Assembly (NCBI RefSeq): GCF_964355755.1
Contig: NC_092678.1
Location: 22,895,365-22,959,364 of the forward strand
Length of the DNA stretch: 64,000 nt
Direction: 5' to 3'
Origin: Antedon mediterranea
Lineage: Eukaryota > Animalia > Echinodermata
The notes under the pieces were generated by a model. It worked only from the letters and a program-made list of their open reading frames with translations, was not told the origin of the DNA and made no database searches. The translations under genes and the position numbers were made by a program. Positions 38,601 through 51,396 of this stretch are shown here, one piece after another (the stretch's first letter is position 1; every line of letters begins with the position of its first letter).

Positions 38601-40576
38601 TCGTATTACCATCTGTCTGTATTCACTAAATGCCGCAACTCTTTCTTCTGTTCTTGGGCGTAACATTTCTAAATCTTTCATTTTATATATTCGCTTCCAA
38701 ACTTCATGTTGTCCCGTTATAGTTATGGTATCATATATAAGAGTGGGATTGTTGTGATCCAGTCTCTGAGTATACAACAAGTCTAATAATTCCATCATTG
38801 ACGAAGCGTTCTCTAGTCTAGCTTTGTCTGGAACCAAGTCTTCGTACAACACTTTAATCATCTTGATTAAACGAAAGTGGTCAAACCAATGTGCCACAAT
38901 ACTTTTCAACTGTTCGAATTGATGCGTTGTTAAGGCTAGGTAATAAAATAAAATACATCATCATATTTACATCTCTGAGAAAATAATGTCCACGTCTATA
39001 TAGGCCTGGTAAGAAATTTCTAAAATAATCTGTATCTTTTGATAGGCACATTTATGTGTCTAGCAGGATTAACAAGGCTATACACCTGGCTGCATTCGCG
39101 TGCGCAAATTTGAGTTAGTATTTACCGACCGACCGACTGACCAACCGACCGACATAGTGAGCTGTAGAGTCACTTTTGCACGCGACTTAAAATGGGGGAA
39201 CAAATGTCATATTTGTTTTTGTCTATAGACAGGTAGGGTAGGTATCATGGAGTTTAGTCCAATTCGGAAATGGTATTGTATCTGTTATTTTAGATACAAT
39301 TTATTTTAATCTAATTCTATACTCTTTTCTGTCTAAACTCTCTTTTCTTTTCGTCGCAATAAACATAGTTGTTCTACCTGTTGTTCCCAAACGCCTAGGA
39401 TTTATTATCATTTTAGTATCATAATATAGATTTTTATAAAAGACTTAAGGATTTGAGTTTAATTTCATTGAGATTAATGTCTTCTTTGTTCAATTTAAAC
39501 ATAGGCATACTTTATCGTCACGAGGTCCATTTAAACTGCGATGAGATAAACAAACTAATATATAAAATGATTTAATTGTACTACCCAGACCTAATAACTT
39601 GTACTTCGAAATCTGTAAAATCATTGATAAATTGTATTAAATATATTTATTAATGTGTTAATTATAACGCTCTTTCACTGACTAATTGCTAATTCACGTT
39701 AGGCTTCATACCTGTTCTCTGTTTTTGTTCTGGTTCTGCAGTCAGTATTGTTGCTGTTGCTGGTTCTGGTGTTTGAATAACCGCAGGCTGGTAAGGTGTT
39801 GCTATAATTCACATGCAGTTACACAAAGAAAAACAGAAAAAAAAAATATAATAAGCTTAAATTTACCAAAATTGACTACGAATTGCAACTGAACTATAAA
39901 AACACCGGAGAATGTTATAAAATAAATATTGAGATATTTTAGGAATTACTTAACCAATTTAATGTTTGATTGTAATTGTTTTGTATTTAAATAATCAATG
40001 TTATGTTAATTAATGTGCAAATTACCACTAAAATACTTTGTAATTTAGACTAATAATGTATGAGGTAGGCATACCTAGTAGAACACGTTTTGCCGTTTCG
40101 TTAATACAATTCGCAAACTTGTCAATGTTGTTTTGGGAATCCAAGCGTCCAGATTTCTCAATGTGATATACAGCATCCCATATATTGTCAAAGTTGAAGA
40201 CACTCAGGTTGTAGAAAGCTATCAGTTTTCCCAAGTCATGTCCTCCAACCTGTTTTAGTGCTATAAACAGTGCTCTGCGGTGTACTGTTAGTAGGCTTAC
40301 TGTCTCTGTGCATTGCGCAGTGTTCTTGTATTCTGTTATACAATCTCTTGCTGAGCTCAGCATAGTTACTTCAGCAATGTCTGACAACAATTCCACATTA
40401 TTTTTAGAAATAATCCCATGGTCAGTAAGCTTGTTAAACAGGTTTAAGGCCAAGTGTGATTGATCCAGATCTTCAATAGGCAAAATACCATATAGAAGCA
40501 TTCTCAACTCTTTTACTGTCACACCAGCATAGTGTTTGCTAAGTTTGCCCAGAAAGATTAAGAAATTTTCATCCAT
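32628..40576 (-). CDS. NLR gene 2: two tandem-DED exons - TM - NACHT - truncated LRR (~1100-1130 aa)
   Basis: All-phase-1 GT-AG model: 40576-40075, 39801-39712, 38935-38390, (38066-37983 optional), 36953-36867 and 34711-32628, open throughout. Motifs: Walker A GNGGMGKT, Walker B VLIDGFDE, ILTSRP and YRFPHKSLSEALAAFYL. The linker exon set is uncertain. Confidence 0.75.
34799..36718. mobile_element. Non-autonomous hAT-like DNA transposon in the last intron of gene 2
   Basis: TIRs caagggtggcgccag / ctggcgccaccactg (13/15 match) and a perfect 8-bp TSD GTTGGGTT (34791-34798 and 36719-36726). The subterminal ccccgacg..ggggcta repeats are GC-rich. Confidence 0.9.
35697..36632. repeat. Three tandem ~295-330 bp units inside the hAT element
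   Basis: aaccgtcggtaaacttcgcctggaaaataactac recurs at ~35697, ~35991 and ~36319. Confidence 0.9.
36867..36953 (-). CDS. 87-nt phase 1-1 TM-like exon (xLRLTAIALIVVMVGVLYSVIPDTILLKD), gene 2
   Basis: tttcctgcAG acceptor and GTaatt donor; in frame with the NACHT exon at 34711. Confidence 0.75.
38390..38935 (-). CDS. Second, divergent tandem-DED-like exon of gene 2
   Basis: 546 nt, phase 1-1. SMMELLDLLYTQRLDHNNPTLI and FSEYRQMVIRLG...WSLIMDLER resemble the other DED exons. Confidence 0.65.
39071..39192 (-). mobile_element. Minimal (~120 bp) HINE derivative
   Basis: Both ends of the 30912-31674 family plus the (GGTC)n tract, with the core deleted. Confidence 0.6.
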
Positions 40577-41640
40577 TTTTAATCTGTAAAAATATTCGTA
40601 CAAATAATATTATTATTAACAACTTAACTTAAAAACGGATGCAACACTTGAACCACCAGATTGGTGTTTTTCACAAGGCCGTTACTTACTATAAAACTAT
40701 TTACACAAGTTATCATTTACAGTACATATGATTAAAAAACTATACAAAAAATGATTTCATGAAAAACATAGATAAAATAATACTTTCCAGCTAACTTTAA
40801 AAGGCCACTATTTATAATTCTCTAAAGCTAGGATAAACATCAGCTGCTAAACGTGCTTCTAAATTAAACCAACATCAAACATTTGAAACCCTTTTCCTAG
40901 ATTAAAAGGGGCAAGATAAATTTAATAATAATAATTTAAATTCATAACCAATATTACATAATGGCAGTATATTAAAACAAAAAAGGTTTATATTATTGAA
41001 ATATATTATGCAATTAATGATAGGCCTAAAATCTAGGACTAAAGCAGGCCTACATCATTACTTAATTCCAAACCAGCACCATTTCATTAAAAAACTTTAG
41101 ATTACTACGTTTTATATTGAGTTTTGCATGAATAGTTAACTATTAATAAGTCGAATATAAATTAATAAATTAAAATATAGAAAATGCTTACCGTATGTGT
41201 TATCTGTCTGTTTGCTAGAAAAACTGATTCGTGTATGAGCCAGTCTGATGTATTCGTTGTTTTTTTTTTTGTAATTAATATGGCGAATCTATTTAGCAAC
41301 GTCATGGATCGAGGATATAACAATGCAGTCAATGATGCATACAATTTGAGCAAGCGTCATCAGCTAGTTATCATAATTCTTTTTTTGACATTTTTAATAA
41401 CAATTTACGAACATCGGTCTTTACATTTTCTCTTTTCTCTTTCTTCTTTTCTCTCTTAAATTTTTTTATTATTATTTCATACTCATCCAACAGCGAGTAA
41501 CCCGCCAATTACAGGATGGATAAACTATTTAAAATTTCACAAGACAAACATATACACAAGATGCTCTACATAAACAAAGACTTATTATTAAGTCTTTGGG
41601 AGTGGAGTTGTAAATTGTCATGAGAAAAAAACCCTGACAT

Positions 41641-41708
41641 ATGACAGGACTTGAACCCAGGACCCTTAGATTGGTAGCCAAGCATCATAACCACCAAGCC
41701 ACAGCTCC
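41641..41708 (-). mobile_element. tRNA-derived SINE head
   Basis: Minus-strand A box TGGCTTGGTGG and B box GGTTCAAGTCC; no intact cloverleaf. Confidence 0.55.
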
Positions 41709-42129
41709 ATCGTAATGCAAGCTCAAAATTAACCAAGTTTAGATAATTATGTTTGTAAATCTAAACCTCCAATAATGCACTCTAGTAAATACTGTATATA
41801 TAATGATAAAACTTTATTGTTTTTCTGAGAATGTGGAAACATTTGAAATTCGATTTAGCAAGACTTGTTTGTTTATAATTGTCTCATTTTGTAATGCCAA
41901 TATATTTTGGGCATAGTAGAGAAAATGACTGAAGAATAGTCAAATTTGTTGAAGGCAACCTATAGATTCAAATTCAATCAAATTCCTTCTTCTATACAAC
42001 TATTATGATTATATAATATGATATGCAACGTATGTGTATATTATGGAATACTGTTGATATTATATAGGCCTACTGATTCGTTTGTACTGTACCTATTCCT
42101 TCTTCCAATTCCCAAACGAACCATTTATT

Positions 42130-42820
42130 TTGCTTTGCTTTAGTATAAAGAGATGAGTTTCACAATTATTTGCTGCACTGAATAAATTAGTATAAGCCTA
42201 CGGGAAGATGCAAAATAAATTATATAGGACCATTGAAGACTGTTGATGTTGTGCTACCTTTATTCAATTGTAATTTTCCACTGTGGTGCAGATGCATTCC
42301 AGTCTATTATAACTAACTGTAATCGGAGCAAAAGCGAATCTACTTCTCACGCTAAAAACACACTTTATATTTCCACTGCATACTTTGTGGCTTGTGTTTA
42401 TGCCCTTCGACAATATAATATCAGACACTAAAACATTTTTACCAAGGTGATTGTTTTGTAAAGAAAATTACGTAGAAAACTAAACGAACCATGATGGTAT
42501 TCATTCTGCTTTGTGTTTATTATAAAGAGATGAGTTTCACATTTATTTGCTGAACTGAATAAATTAGTATAAGCCTACAGGAAGATGCAAAATAAATTTA
42601 GGACTATTGAAGACTGTTGATGTTGTGCTAACTTTATTCAATTGTAATTTTCCACTGTGGTGCAGATGCATTCCAGTCTATTATAACTAACTGTAATCGG
42701 AGCAAAAGCGAATCTACTTCTCACGCTAAAAATACAGTTTATTTTTCCGCTGCATACTTTGTGACTTGTGTTTATGCCCTTCGACGATATATGGTATAAT
42801 ATCAGACGCAAAAACATATT
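42130..42820. repeat. Tandem duplication (~375-bp offset) of a dispersed repeat also seen at ~30690-30850
   Basis: tataaagagatgagtttcac...gtggtgcagatgcattcc...tgtttatgcccttcgac..aatatcagac occurs twice. Confidence 0.85.
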
Positions 42821-42821
42821 T

Positions 42822-45800
42822 AATTCAATTCAATTTCTTTTTATTTCGGAAATATCTTCCATATTAATAAACGTATAAACAGAAAAAAAAATCGTAAACT
42901 CTAAACTTAAGTATATAGAATGCTTCTCCATCTACAATACATTTTGGAGTTATGGAGCATATTTTTTTTGCAAACACAAGCAACAAGGATGTTACCACTA
43001 TTCAACATACGTTGTATGAAACCATAGGTAGATTTTCGCATGTACTCATTAAAGGAAGCGACACCATGTTCAATAAACATTGGACTGGCACTACTACTTC
43101 TAGAGACATTAAGTATACGGCGCAGAGCATTATTGTAACATACATTAAGAGATCTAATATTCTTCATACGATAGTTACACCAAAGGGCTGCACAATACAG
43201 TAAGATCTAAAGAGACAACATTTAACATTGGTAGAGTATTTCATAAATTTGCGATTGAGTGAGTTGCTTCTAATACATAAAGATCTGTACTGACTTTGAA
43301 TGTCAGCCTCATCACTGCAATCACACATAAGACACAAAGATCTGTACTGACTTTGAATGTCAGCCTCATCACTGCAATCACACATAAGACACAAAGTTCT
43401 GTACTGACTTTGAATGTCAGCCTCATCACTGCAATCACACATAAGAATATGACCAAAGTAGGTACCTTTCTCAACATAAGCAAGTTTTTTACCAAAAAGT
43501 TTAGTAATAGAATTACATTCAAGTTTGCAAGTGCGAGGAGAGAAACGCATACAAACAGATTTCTTATCATTAAATAAAACATCATTCTCTTGCGAAAATT
43601 CTTCACAAACATGTACCAATTGCTGGAGACCAGCAACTGAAGGGCCAAGTAGAACAAGATCATCCGCATAACTAAGATGATTCAAGATAATGTTTCTACA
43701 TTGGCAACCCTGGCACAAACCACTTAGTCTACAATTAAGAGTACTAATATATATGTTATAAAGGAGAGGGGACATAACCCCACCCTGTCTAACTCCATTG
43801 GATACTGTAAATGCATTTGAAACAGAGTTTCCCCAACGTATCACAAAACTTTGTTTCTCATACCAACATTTGAGCAATTTAACAATACAAAGATTAATAC
43901 CATTGCTAATGAGCTTATTATAAAGAGTCCAGTGATTGACTCGATCAAAAGCCTTACTGGCATCTAGAAAGCAGGCAAAATCTGGACTACCATTTCATCA
44001 TGTTTTAATAAAAAGATACACGTATCAGTCGAGTCCTTCGATTTAAATGCAAATTGATAGTTATTGGATTTCAGTGAGTTACCACAATGACTGATCAAAA
44101 TAGATTCAAACACCTTAGATTTTCAATTTCAATTTCAAAGCAACATTTATTTTCTCCTTTCATATACAAAATAGATTTCAGTGATCAATAAATATGTAAA
44201 CAAAATTTCGAAAGAAGAAGGTACACGCCCAGAAAGATGAAAAACACATCTTGTGGAGGACGTACCTATTACAGACACAGACAATGAAAATTTATAAAAT
44301 AAAAAAAAATTTAAAATAAAAAAATAAATAAAAAAAAAAAAAATAAATAAAAAAAAAAAAAAAAAATAAAAAATAAAAATAAAAAAAAAAAATTAAAAAA
44401 ATTGACCGAGGAAAAGTTAATATTTGGCAATAAGGTGACTTTTAAGTTTAGATAAAAATGATTTACTAGAAACAGAGTTTAAGATGGGGAGTGGCAGATC
44501 GTTCCAAAAAGTGGGTCCGGAATACCTAATGTTGTGTTGAAAGTGGTTGGTTTTATGGGTTGGAATATGTAATTTTGAACAAATACGGGTATTATGATAA
44601 TGAATTGAAGAATTTGGAGTGAACATGGAGCAGAGATGTTTGGGAAGGTTGGAATTAATAGAAGAAAAGATGAACGAGCCTTGTTGGGTTAGATTGATAT
44701 CGGAGACTTTGAGAAGATTAAGCTTTGAAAAAAAGATGAGATGAATGAGACAGGGGTGGGGCGCCAGATATAACCCTGATGGCCTTTTTTTGAAGAGTTT
44801 GAAGTTTTTTAATACTGGAAGGATAAGAGTTGCACCAGACAATATTGCAATAGTTAAGATAAGGCAGGATGAGGGAGCAGTACAGGATACGAAGAATGTT
44901 AGGGGGTGAAAAAGAAGAAAGTCTAGTGATGATGCCAAGACTTTTTGAAATTTTATTCTCAACAAAATTGATGTGATTTTTCCATGAAAGTCGACTGTCA
45001 AGATGAACTCCTAAAAATGTAGCAGATTGGACTGAGGGAATATCATGATTGTTAATAGAAATGTTATAGTTTGCAGTATCAATGTTTTTAATTTTCTGAG
45101 GGGTCCCAAACAGGATGAAGTTACATTTTTTGTGGTTAAGAGAAAGTTTGTTAGCTGAAAAGTATTGAGACATGAGTGTCAGATTGGTATTAACAGTATT
45201 AAATAAGGTTTGAATATCAGGGTCAGAGTAATAAACAGTGGTGTCGTCAGCATATAGAAAAAAATTAAGAATTGCAGAAGAAAGATATATATCATTAATA
45301 TATAGAATAAATAGGAGGGGGCCAAGAAGAGAGCCCTGGGGAACACCACAAGTAACAGGGTTGAAGTTGGAGACAGAATTAGAATACTTGGTACATTGGA
45401 AACGATTGGTAAGGTAACTTTTGAAAAGATCATATGCGGGCCCTCTAATTCCATAGTGGGATAGTTTAAATAAAAGTATGTTGTGGTCTATTGTGTCGAA
45501 TGCCTTTGACAAATCTATAAAAACGCCGATGGCTAGATGGCCACTTTCAAATGCGTCAACAATTTTGTTTGTTAAGTCAATGAGAGCCATGGGTGTGTTG
45601 TGACCTTTTCTAAAGCCATATTGATTTTTGTGAAGAATGTCATGTTTTGAGATAAATGAAAATGTACGATCGTAGATTACCCTTTCTAAAGCTTTAGAGA
45701 AAATAGAGAGGACAGAGATGGGGCGATAGTTAGAGAAATCAGATTTGTTTCCAGATTTGTAGATAGGGGTAACGCGCGCAAACTTCATCCTGTCTGGGAA

Positions 45801-47230
45801 AACACCCTTTAATAAAGCAAGATTAAAAATATGGGTAAGTGGAAAAGAAATGAGATCGGCAATATGTTTGATGGGCTTGGTTTGGAAATCATCAATACCG
45901 GTTGATTTGTTGTTTTTAAAGGTAGAAATGATTTTAAAAACTTCGGCCTCATTGACTGGAGTAAAGAATATTGAGTTAGGGGTAGGGTTGGGTAAAAAGT
46001 CTTTAAATGATCTGTTACTATTGGGAATTTGATTAGCAAGTGAAGGGCCGATTTCAGAAAAATATTTGTTAAAGGCATTTGAAATTATATTGGAATCATT
46101 AGTCAACTCACCTTGAAAATTGAAAGAAGTATTTGTATGTGTATTATTTGATTTATTGAGCAGGGAATTAATTGATTTCCAAGTTGCCTTAATATCATTT
46201 TTGTGTTTGAGAAACGTTTTGTGAAAATGATTTTTTTTTTGCAGCTTTAATTGTAGTATTTAATTTATTACGGAATTGTTTAAAGGCTGTTTCATTTTTT
46301 TGGGTGGGACAATGGATAAATTTAGAGTACAGTTTATGTTTGTGTTTAATTGAATTAAGTAGGCCATTAGACATCCATGACTTTAATTTATTATTTTTTT
46401 TTTCGCAATTTTTTTTTAAAGCAATAGGTCTATAATTATTCTTATTAGTAATATCACCTGATTTACTCTTAACAATCGGCACTAGAATAACTTTAACAAG
46501 ATCTTTAGTTACATGACCATGGCACAGCATAGCATTAAAGCATAAACTCAATAGGATATGAAGTCGTTTACTACTATATTTAAGATGTTCACCACCCAAA
46601 TCAACAAGTCCGGGTGATTTTTCTACAGAAAGTTTATCAATGCAATTAGATATAAGATCAGGAGTGACATTAATACCAATTAACAGTATTCTAGAGTCTC
46701 CTCTACAAATGCTTTATGAGTCGTGTTATCCACACAGTTAAACAGATTCTCATAATGTTTGGTCCAATGGTTACATATGTTGTATTCACCACTAACATTA
46801 TCAATAACTTCAGAGGTATTAGCTCTAGTATCATTCATATGCTTAACACCTTCCCAAAAACCTTTGTAGTCCCTATTACTGTAAGACTGAGCTAATTTAT
46901 CAGCTCTCAATTGTTGATCATTCTGTTTACACGTGCGTAATGCCAACTTAAAACGAGAACAAGATATTTTCATAGAATGAAACAAGGGCCCATTCCTGGG
47001 TTTGCCGTTAGTTCTCCATAATAAGAAGGCTTCACGAGCAACAGAATGCAGATCAGAAACATAATCATTCCAGCCTGGCACAACATTATATGACTTAGAC
47101 CTAGTATAGTGGGCTTCAAACATTCACTAGATGCACGTTTTAGGCAAGCAAAAATATTGTTATACAGGTCATCAATAGCAAGACGGTGACACTCATTGCT
47201 CATTAATAAGGTGCTTGTTTTGTAATGAAA
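42822..47230 (-). mobile_element. Degraded non-LTR retrotransposon (LINE, CR1/L2-group-like), split by a second LINE
   Basis: RT motifs NYRPIAL (46418-46440), FLDASKAFDRV, GVRQGGVMSP and HLSYADD. It has a (TTGAA)n tail at ~42822-42835 and multiple frameshifts and stops. Confidence 0.9.
44120..46417 (-). mobile_element. 5'-truncated LINE (CR1/L2-group-like RT) nested in the previous LINE
   Basis: ORF 44718-46106 contains NYRPIS, DLSKAFDTIDH, GVPQGSLLGP and LYADD. It has an A-rich 3' UTR and a (TTGAAA)n tail at ~44120-44138, with frameshifts at both ends of the RT ORF. Confidence 0.92.
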
Positions 47231-48221
47231 ATTACATAGAAAACGAAACATTTTCCTTCAATGAAGTGTAGTTCAAAAAACATAAACGATCACGTAACAG
47301 ACTGACACCAACAGAAAATAAAGAAATTACAACTTCATCTTCATGTAGCCTCACATTTATTTTTAAACCAACACAAAACATAATTATACACATCATTTTT
47401 ATTAGGTTAAATAAATGAAAAAAAAACCACTTAAAACACATAAAACACCCTATACACACAAGATCTTTATAGTTTACAGTATTTTAATTAAAGATAAAAT
47501 CAAATCAATCGATCAACCGATATCTTAGTTTGTTATAAACTGTAATAAACTCTCACGTATATTTATAATAGATAAAAACCAAACCAACGAATTTAAATCA
47601 ATAAAAAAGATCTACGGTTAATAATTTAGATGTATGTGGGATCAATCGCAGAAGAAGTCACATTAGACTGAAAATATAAAAATGTATAGAAAATATAAGT
47701 TTGAATAAACAAAGCTGCAAACTTTTTATAAACTTCACTTAAAGCATGTCATTTATAATAGTGACGATATAATTAAATGTGTATTCTATAGGCCTAATAT
47801 ATTTTAAACAAAGCAGTAACTTATAAAACAGAAACAAAATCTGCAATAAACAAAATAATACTACAGTGTACATCTGCTGTGTTCTAATTGAACAGTATTA
47901 ATTGACTTATTTATATTTTTTGGTTACGTGTTTGAAAAGTTTACAATTTATATTAATACAAGTGTTCAATATCGGATTCTAATTGATCTAAACTTAAACA
48001 TACCTTAAATACACACAAATACGTATCATGTGTGCATATTGTATGCAATTATATTATAAGTATTCCATAAATCTGCAATTCTTACGTGATATCCAAATAT
48101 CATAAAATGGTTTGACTGAATATGATTTTTTCAAGATAATTGGAATGTATAAAACGTCTTCATGCTACAACTGTCGATCTCTAACAAGATAACAAAAACA
48201 CCTACTTGACCTAAAAAATCT

Positions 48222-51200
48222 TTAGAAACATCTAATATGTGACCTAATGAAGTCCCATTCATATGAATGATTTTGAGAGCAGAGACGAAATGTCTTCAAT
48301 TTATCAAAAGTACCACTATTTTTACATTCCCGTACCACTGACCTAATACGTTGACTAATCGAATCCGGATCACCAGGCAAACGTATATAGAGAACTTCCA
48401 AGTCAGGAAGGGTTTGAAATAATTTGCAAATTTGTGATCCAGTCAAATGATCGTGATCTTCAATATAGTAGAAAGAACGTATTTCCTCAACTAATTGATA
48501 TGTCTTCCATTCATTTGAAAGAATTTCAAGAGCTTTATCGCCCCATTTTTCAAGTAGTTTAATCAAATATCTGTCATCCATTGATGGCATAATTCCATAT
48601 TCTGCTTTATATAGTTGTAGTATGATTGATATGTGAGCTACAATCTTGCTCACAGTTTCAGGTGAAGAGTCATTTGATTTTATAATTGACACTACATTAT
48701 TTAATACTGCATTCTGGTCTTTTGTAAGTTTATCTGAAAACAATTTTAGAAGTTTTATTAGGTGCAAATTGTCCCTTTTTCTAAGAAAGGTTTTAAAGGA
48801 ATTGCTTAGATATCCAAAATGTATTTTCAATTCTGGAGATATTGGTTTGTTTTCCAATGAATTCAATACTTTTTCTTCGTCGTCTTGGTTGACATACTTG
48901 AAATATTTTGAAAATGAGTAATAATTAGAAGCCCTATTTACCAACCAGTGTTTCATGAATTTGTCTGCATTCGGACCTAAAAAACTAATAGTAACAGCTC
49001 TTGTCATGTGTAAATACGCATTCGTCCTTAGTTTCTCGCATTCCGCAGAATCTAAAGTCTCAATTTTGTTAGACAAGTAAAACCCGGCTAATGCCTCTGA
49101 CAAAAGCTTATGTGGAAATTGGTAAGTCGGCACAAAATCATCTGGAATAATAGGATTTTCTTTGTAAATAAATCCTATTTTCAACGATAAGTCAACTACA
49201 GTTTCATCTCTTCCTAGTTCTTGAAATAGTGTGTCATCAAAATTAAGTACATTTTTCTGTAAGTTAATGTAACTAATGTTTCCTAGTATTAAAATTGCAT
49301 TTCGATAGTCAGTTGGGATTCGGTCATGTTTTGATATCGGTTTTGTACTAGACTTATCACTTCTGTTAATATACTGATTTATTATGGAACGAAAAATTTC
49401 TTTAATATATATTTTAAAATCTTTGGGAATTACTGGGTCTTTTTGCCATAACGTGCACATTTTAAGTAACAAAAATGGGGACGAAAACAGTTCAAATATA
49501 TTTTTGTGATCACCACCCCAAACTCGTTTATCATCAGAGTCAAGTTCAAATGCTTTGATAAATGACTGGCCCAGATCAGGTTTTCCAATAAATTTAAAAT
49601 ACTTGGTAATATAATGATTTATATTTTCTGCAGTGAATCCTTCCACTTTTACATGTACGTCACAATAAGTATATAAATGTGCAGTAAAACCTGGTCGCGA
49701 AGTAAGAATAACTATGCTGTTTTGAAGTTCTTTACTTTTTAATATTGTAATATCTACCCAAGATTTTAACTCATCTAATCCATCTATCAGAAAAACTAAT
49801 TCTTTGGCGTATTTTTTTAGAAAACTTCTTATCATAGTTTCACTTATCTCAAAGTTAACAGAATTATTAATAATTATATCTGGAATAGTTTTATTTGCCT
49901 CGATATCCCGGGCGTTTATAAGAAATAATATTTTACCAGCAAACGTAGCATCGGAATTGGTTGCCCAATTGTAAGATACAAATTGAAGCAACGCTGTCTT
50001 ACCAATTCCTCCATTTCCAGTCATCAACACCTTACTTGAGTCTCTGGACTTTATAATACCCAGTAAGTCTTTTAATGTTTTCGTTTCTCTTTTTTTGTCT
50101 ATAGTGGTATTGAGTATTGGATCTGTAAACAGCTGAGAAATATCGTAGCTAAACTCCGTATAGTTTGGGTCCCACGTTGGTGGTCTTATTGTCGGGGTGT
50201 TTAATTTGTTCGTTTGTTCTGCTGTTAAATAGTTCCGAATAGTTTTATCTGAAATCAAGAATGAACATATAATTAATTGTGCCTATCATCCAGTAAAATA
50301 TTTTAAATGACAAACAATGACACTTTAATTACGATACAAATAATAAACAGCGGGTCTACCTTGGTATAAAGCGTGTAAATATGATATAGTGGCAATTGTG
50401 GCTAGGAAAAAGACCATGAACAAAACCAATAGAGCTATAAAGAAATAAACAAACGTTTACAGTTTTCACTTCTTGTTACAATTTTATTAAAACGGTACTT
50501 TCCAAAAAGAGCAGTTTCAGCCAACCAAACAGTAATTTAGATTTTGTTTGATTTAGAGATAGCTGTAATCACTTTCCATTTTTTCTGTAGTTGTTATAAG
50601 CGGAAACTATTTTATTAACGACAAGCCATAACGGCTATGTTCGCTATCTTGATTCTAGAAGCTTTTTTTCAAATTGTTATTTTCTGTAAAATTCAAAAAC
50701 ACTTACCACAGGTACATATAACTGATTTATATTTAGATCTCCAGTTATCTTGAATTAACACTGTAGGTTACAAAATTGAAATGAAATTTAATGAAAGATA
50801 TCATTTATTTATTGTGAGATACATTAGAAACAAAATATTTATTTATCATACATACCACCACAATCAAATATTTCCATTTTTGCAATTGTGCCAAGACAAT
50901 CGGCAAATGCTTTCACTTTTTCTGGCTTATCTTCTAGCTTTAAATCAATTTCCAGACGAAGTACAACGTCCCAAACATTATCATCCTTGAATCGTGTTAG
51001 GTCGTACTTAGCAATAATGTTTAATAGGGCTCCTTCGTGAGTACGTGTTAGGGCTTTAAACAGTCTCGTACGGTACAACGACAATTTCTCTTCATCGTTA
51101 ATTTGAACGTCATTGTCATTGATATAATCTCTTAAAAGTTTGTCTGCAATCTTCAGTTCTGAAAGTTTTGTAATCTCTAACAGAAAGTTAACATCAGTAG

Positions 51201-51396
51201 GGTTTATTAAATCTTTCTCTTCAAGTGCATTGAATAATGTATTTGCATTGGAATCTGACTTTGTGATAACACTCAAATTTAAGTGGTTAAAAAATAAGAA
51301 TTTTAACCAAAGGTATCTGTCACCGTCATAGCATCTACTGAGATCAGCTTTTAAGTTGTCAAAGTTACTCTTTCTAATATCATCATCACCAGCCAT
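48222..51396 (-). CDS. NLR gene 3: tandem DED - TM - NACHT - truncated LRR, 898 aa
   Basis: Exons 51396-50856, 50760-50707, 50434-50360 and 50248-48222 are all GT-AG and phase 1, giving a 2697-nt open frame. Motifs: Walker A GNGGIGKT, Walker B VFLIDGLDE, ILTSRP and YQFPHKLLSEALAGFYL. Confidence 0.85.
50360..50434 (-). CDS. 75-nt phase 1-1 TM-like exon (ALLVLFMVFFLATIATISYLHALYQ), gene 3
   Basis: ttctttatAG acceptor and GTagac donor, in frame on both sides. Confidence 0.8.

Noticed and set aside
39378-39612. Additional 17-, 25- and 28-nt microexons in gene 2
   Set aside because: Their combined phases do not fit, the introns would be very short, and the 90-nt exon joins the next DED exon in frame without them.
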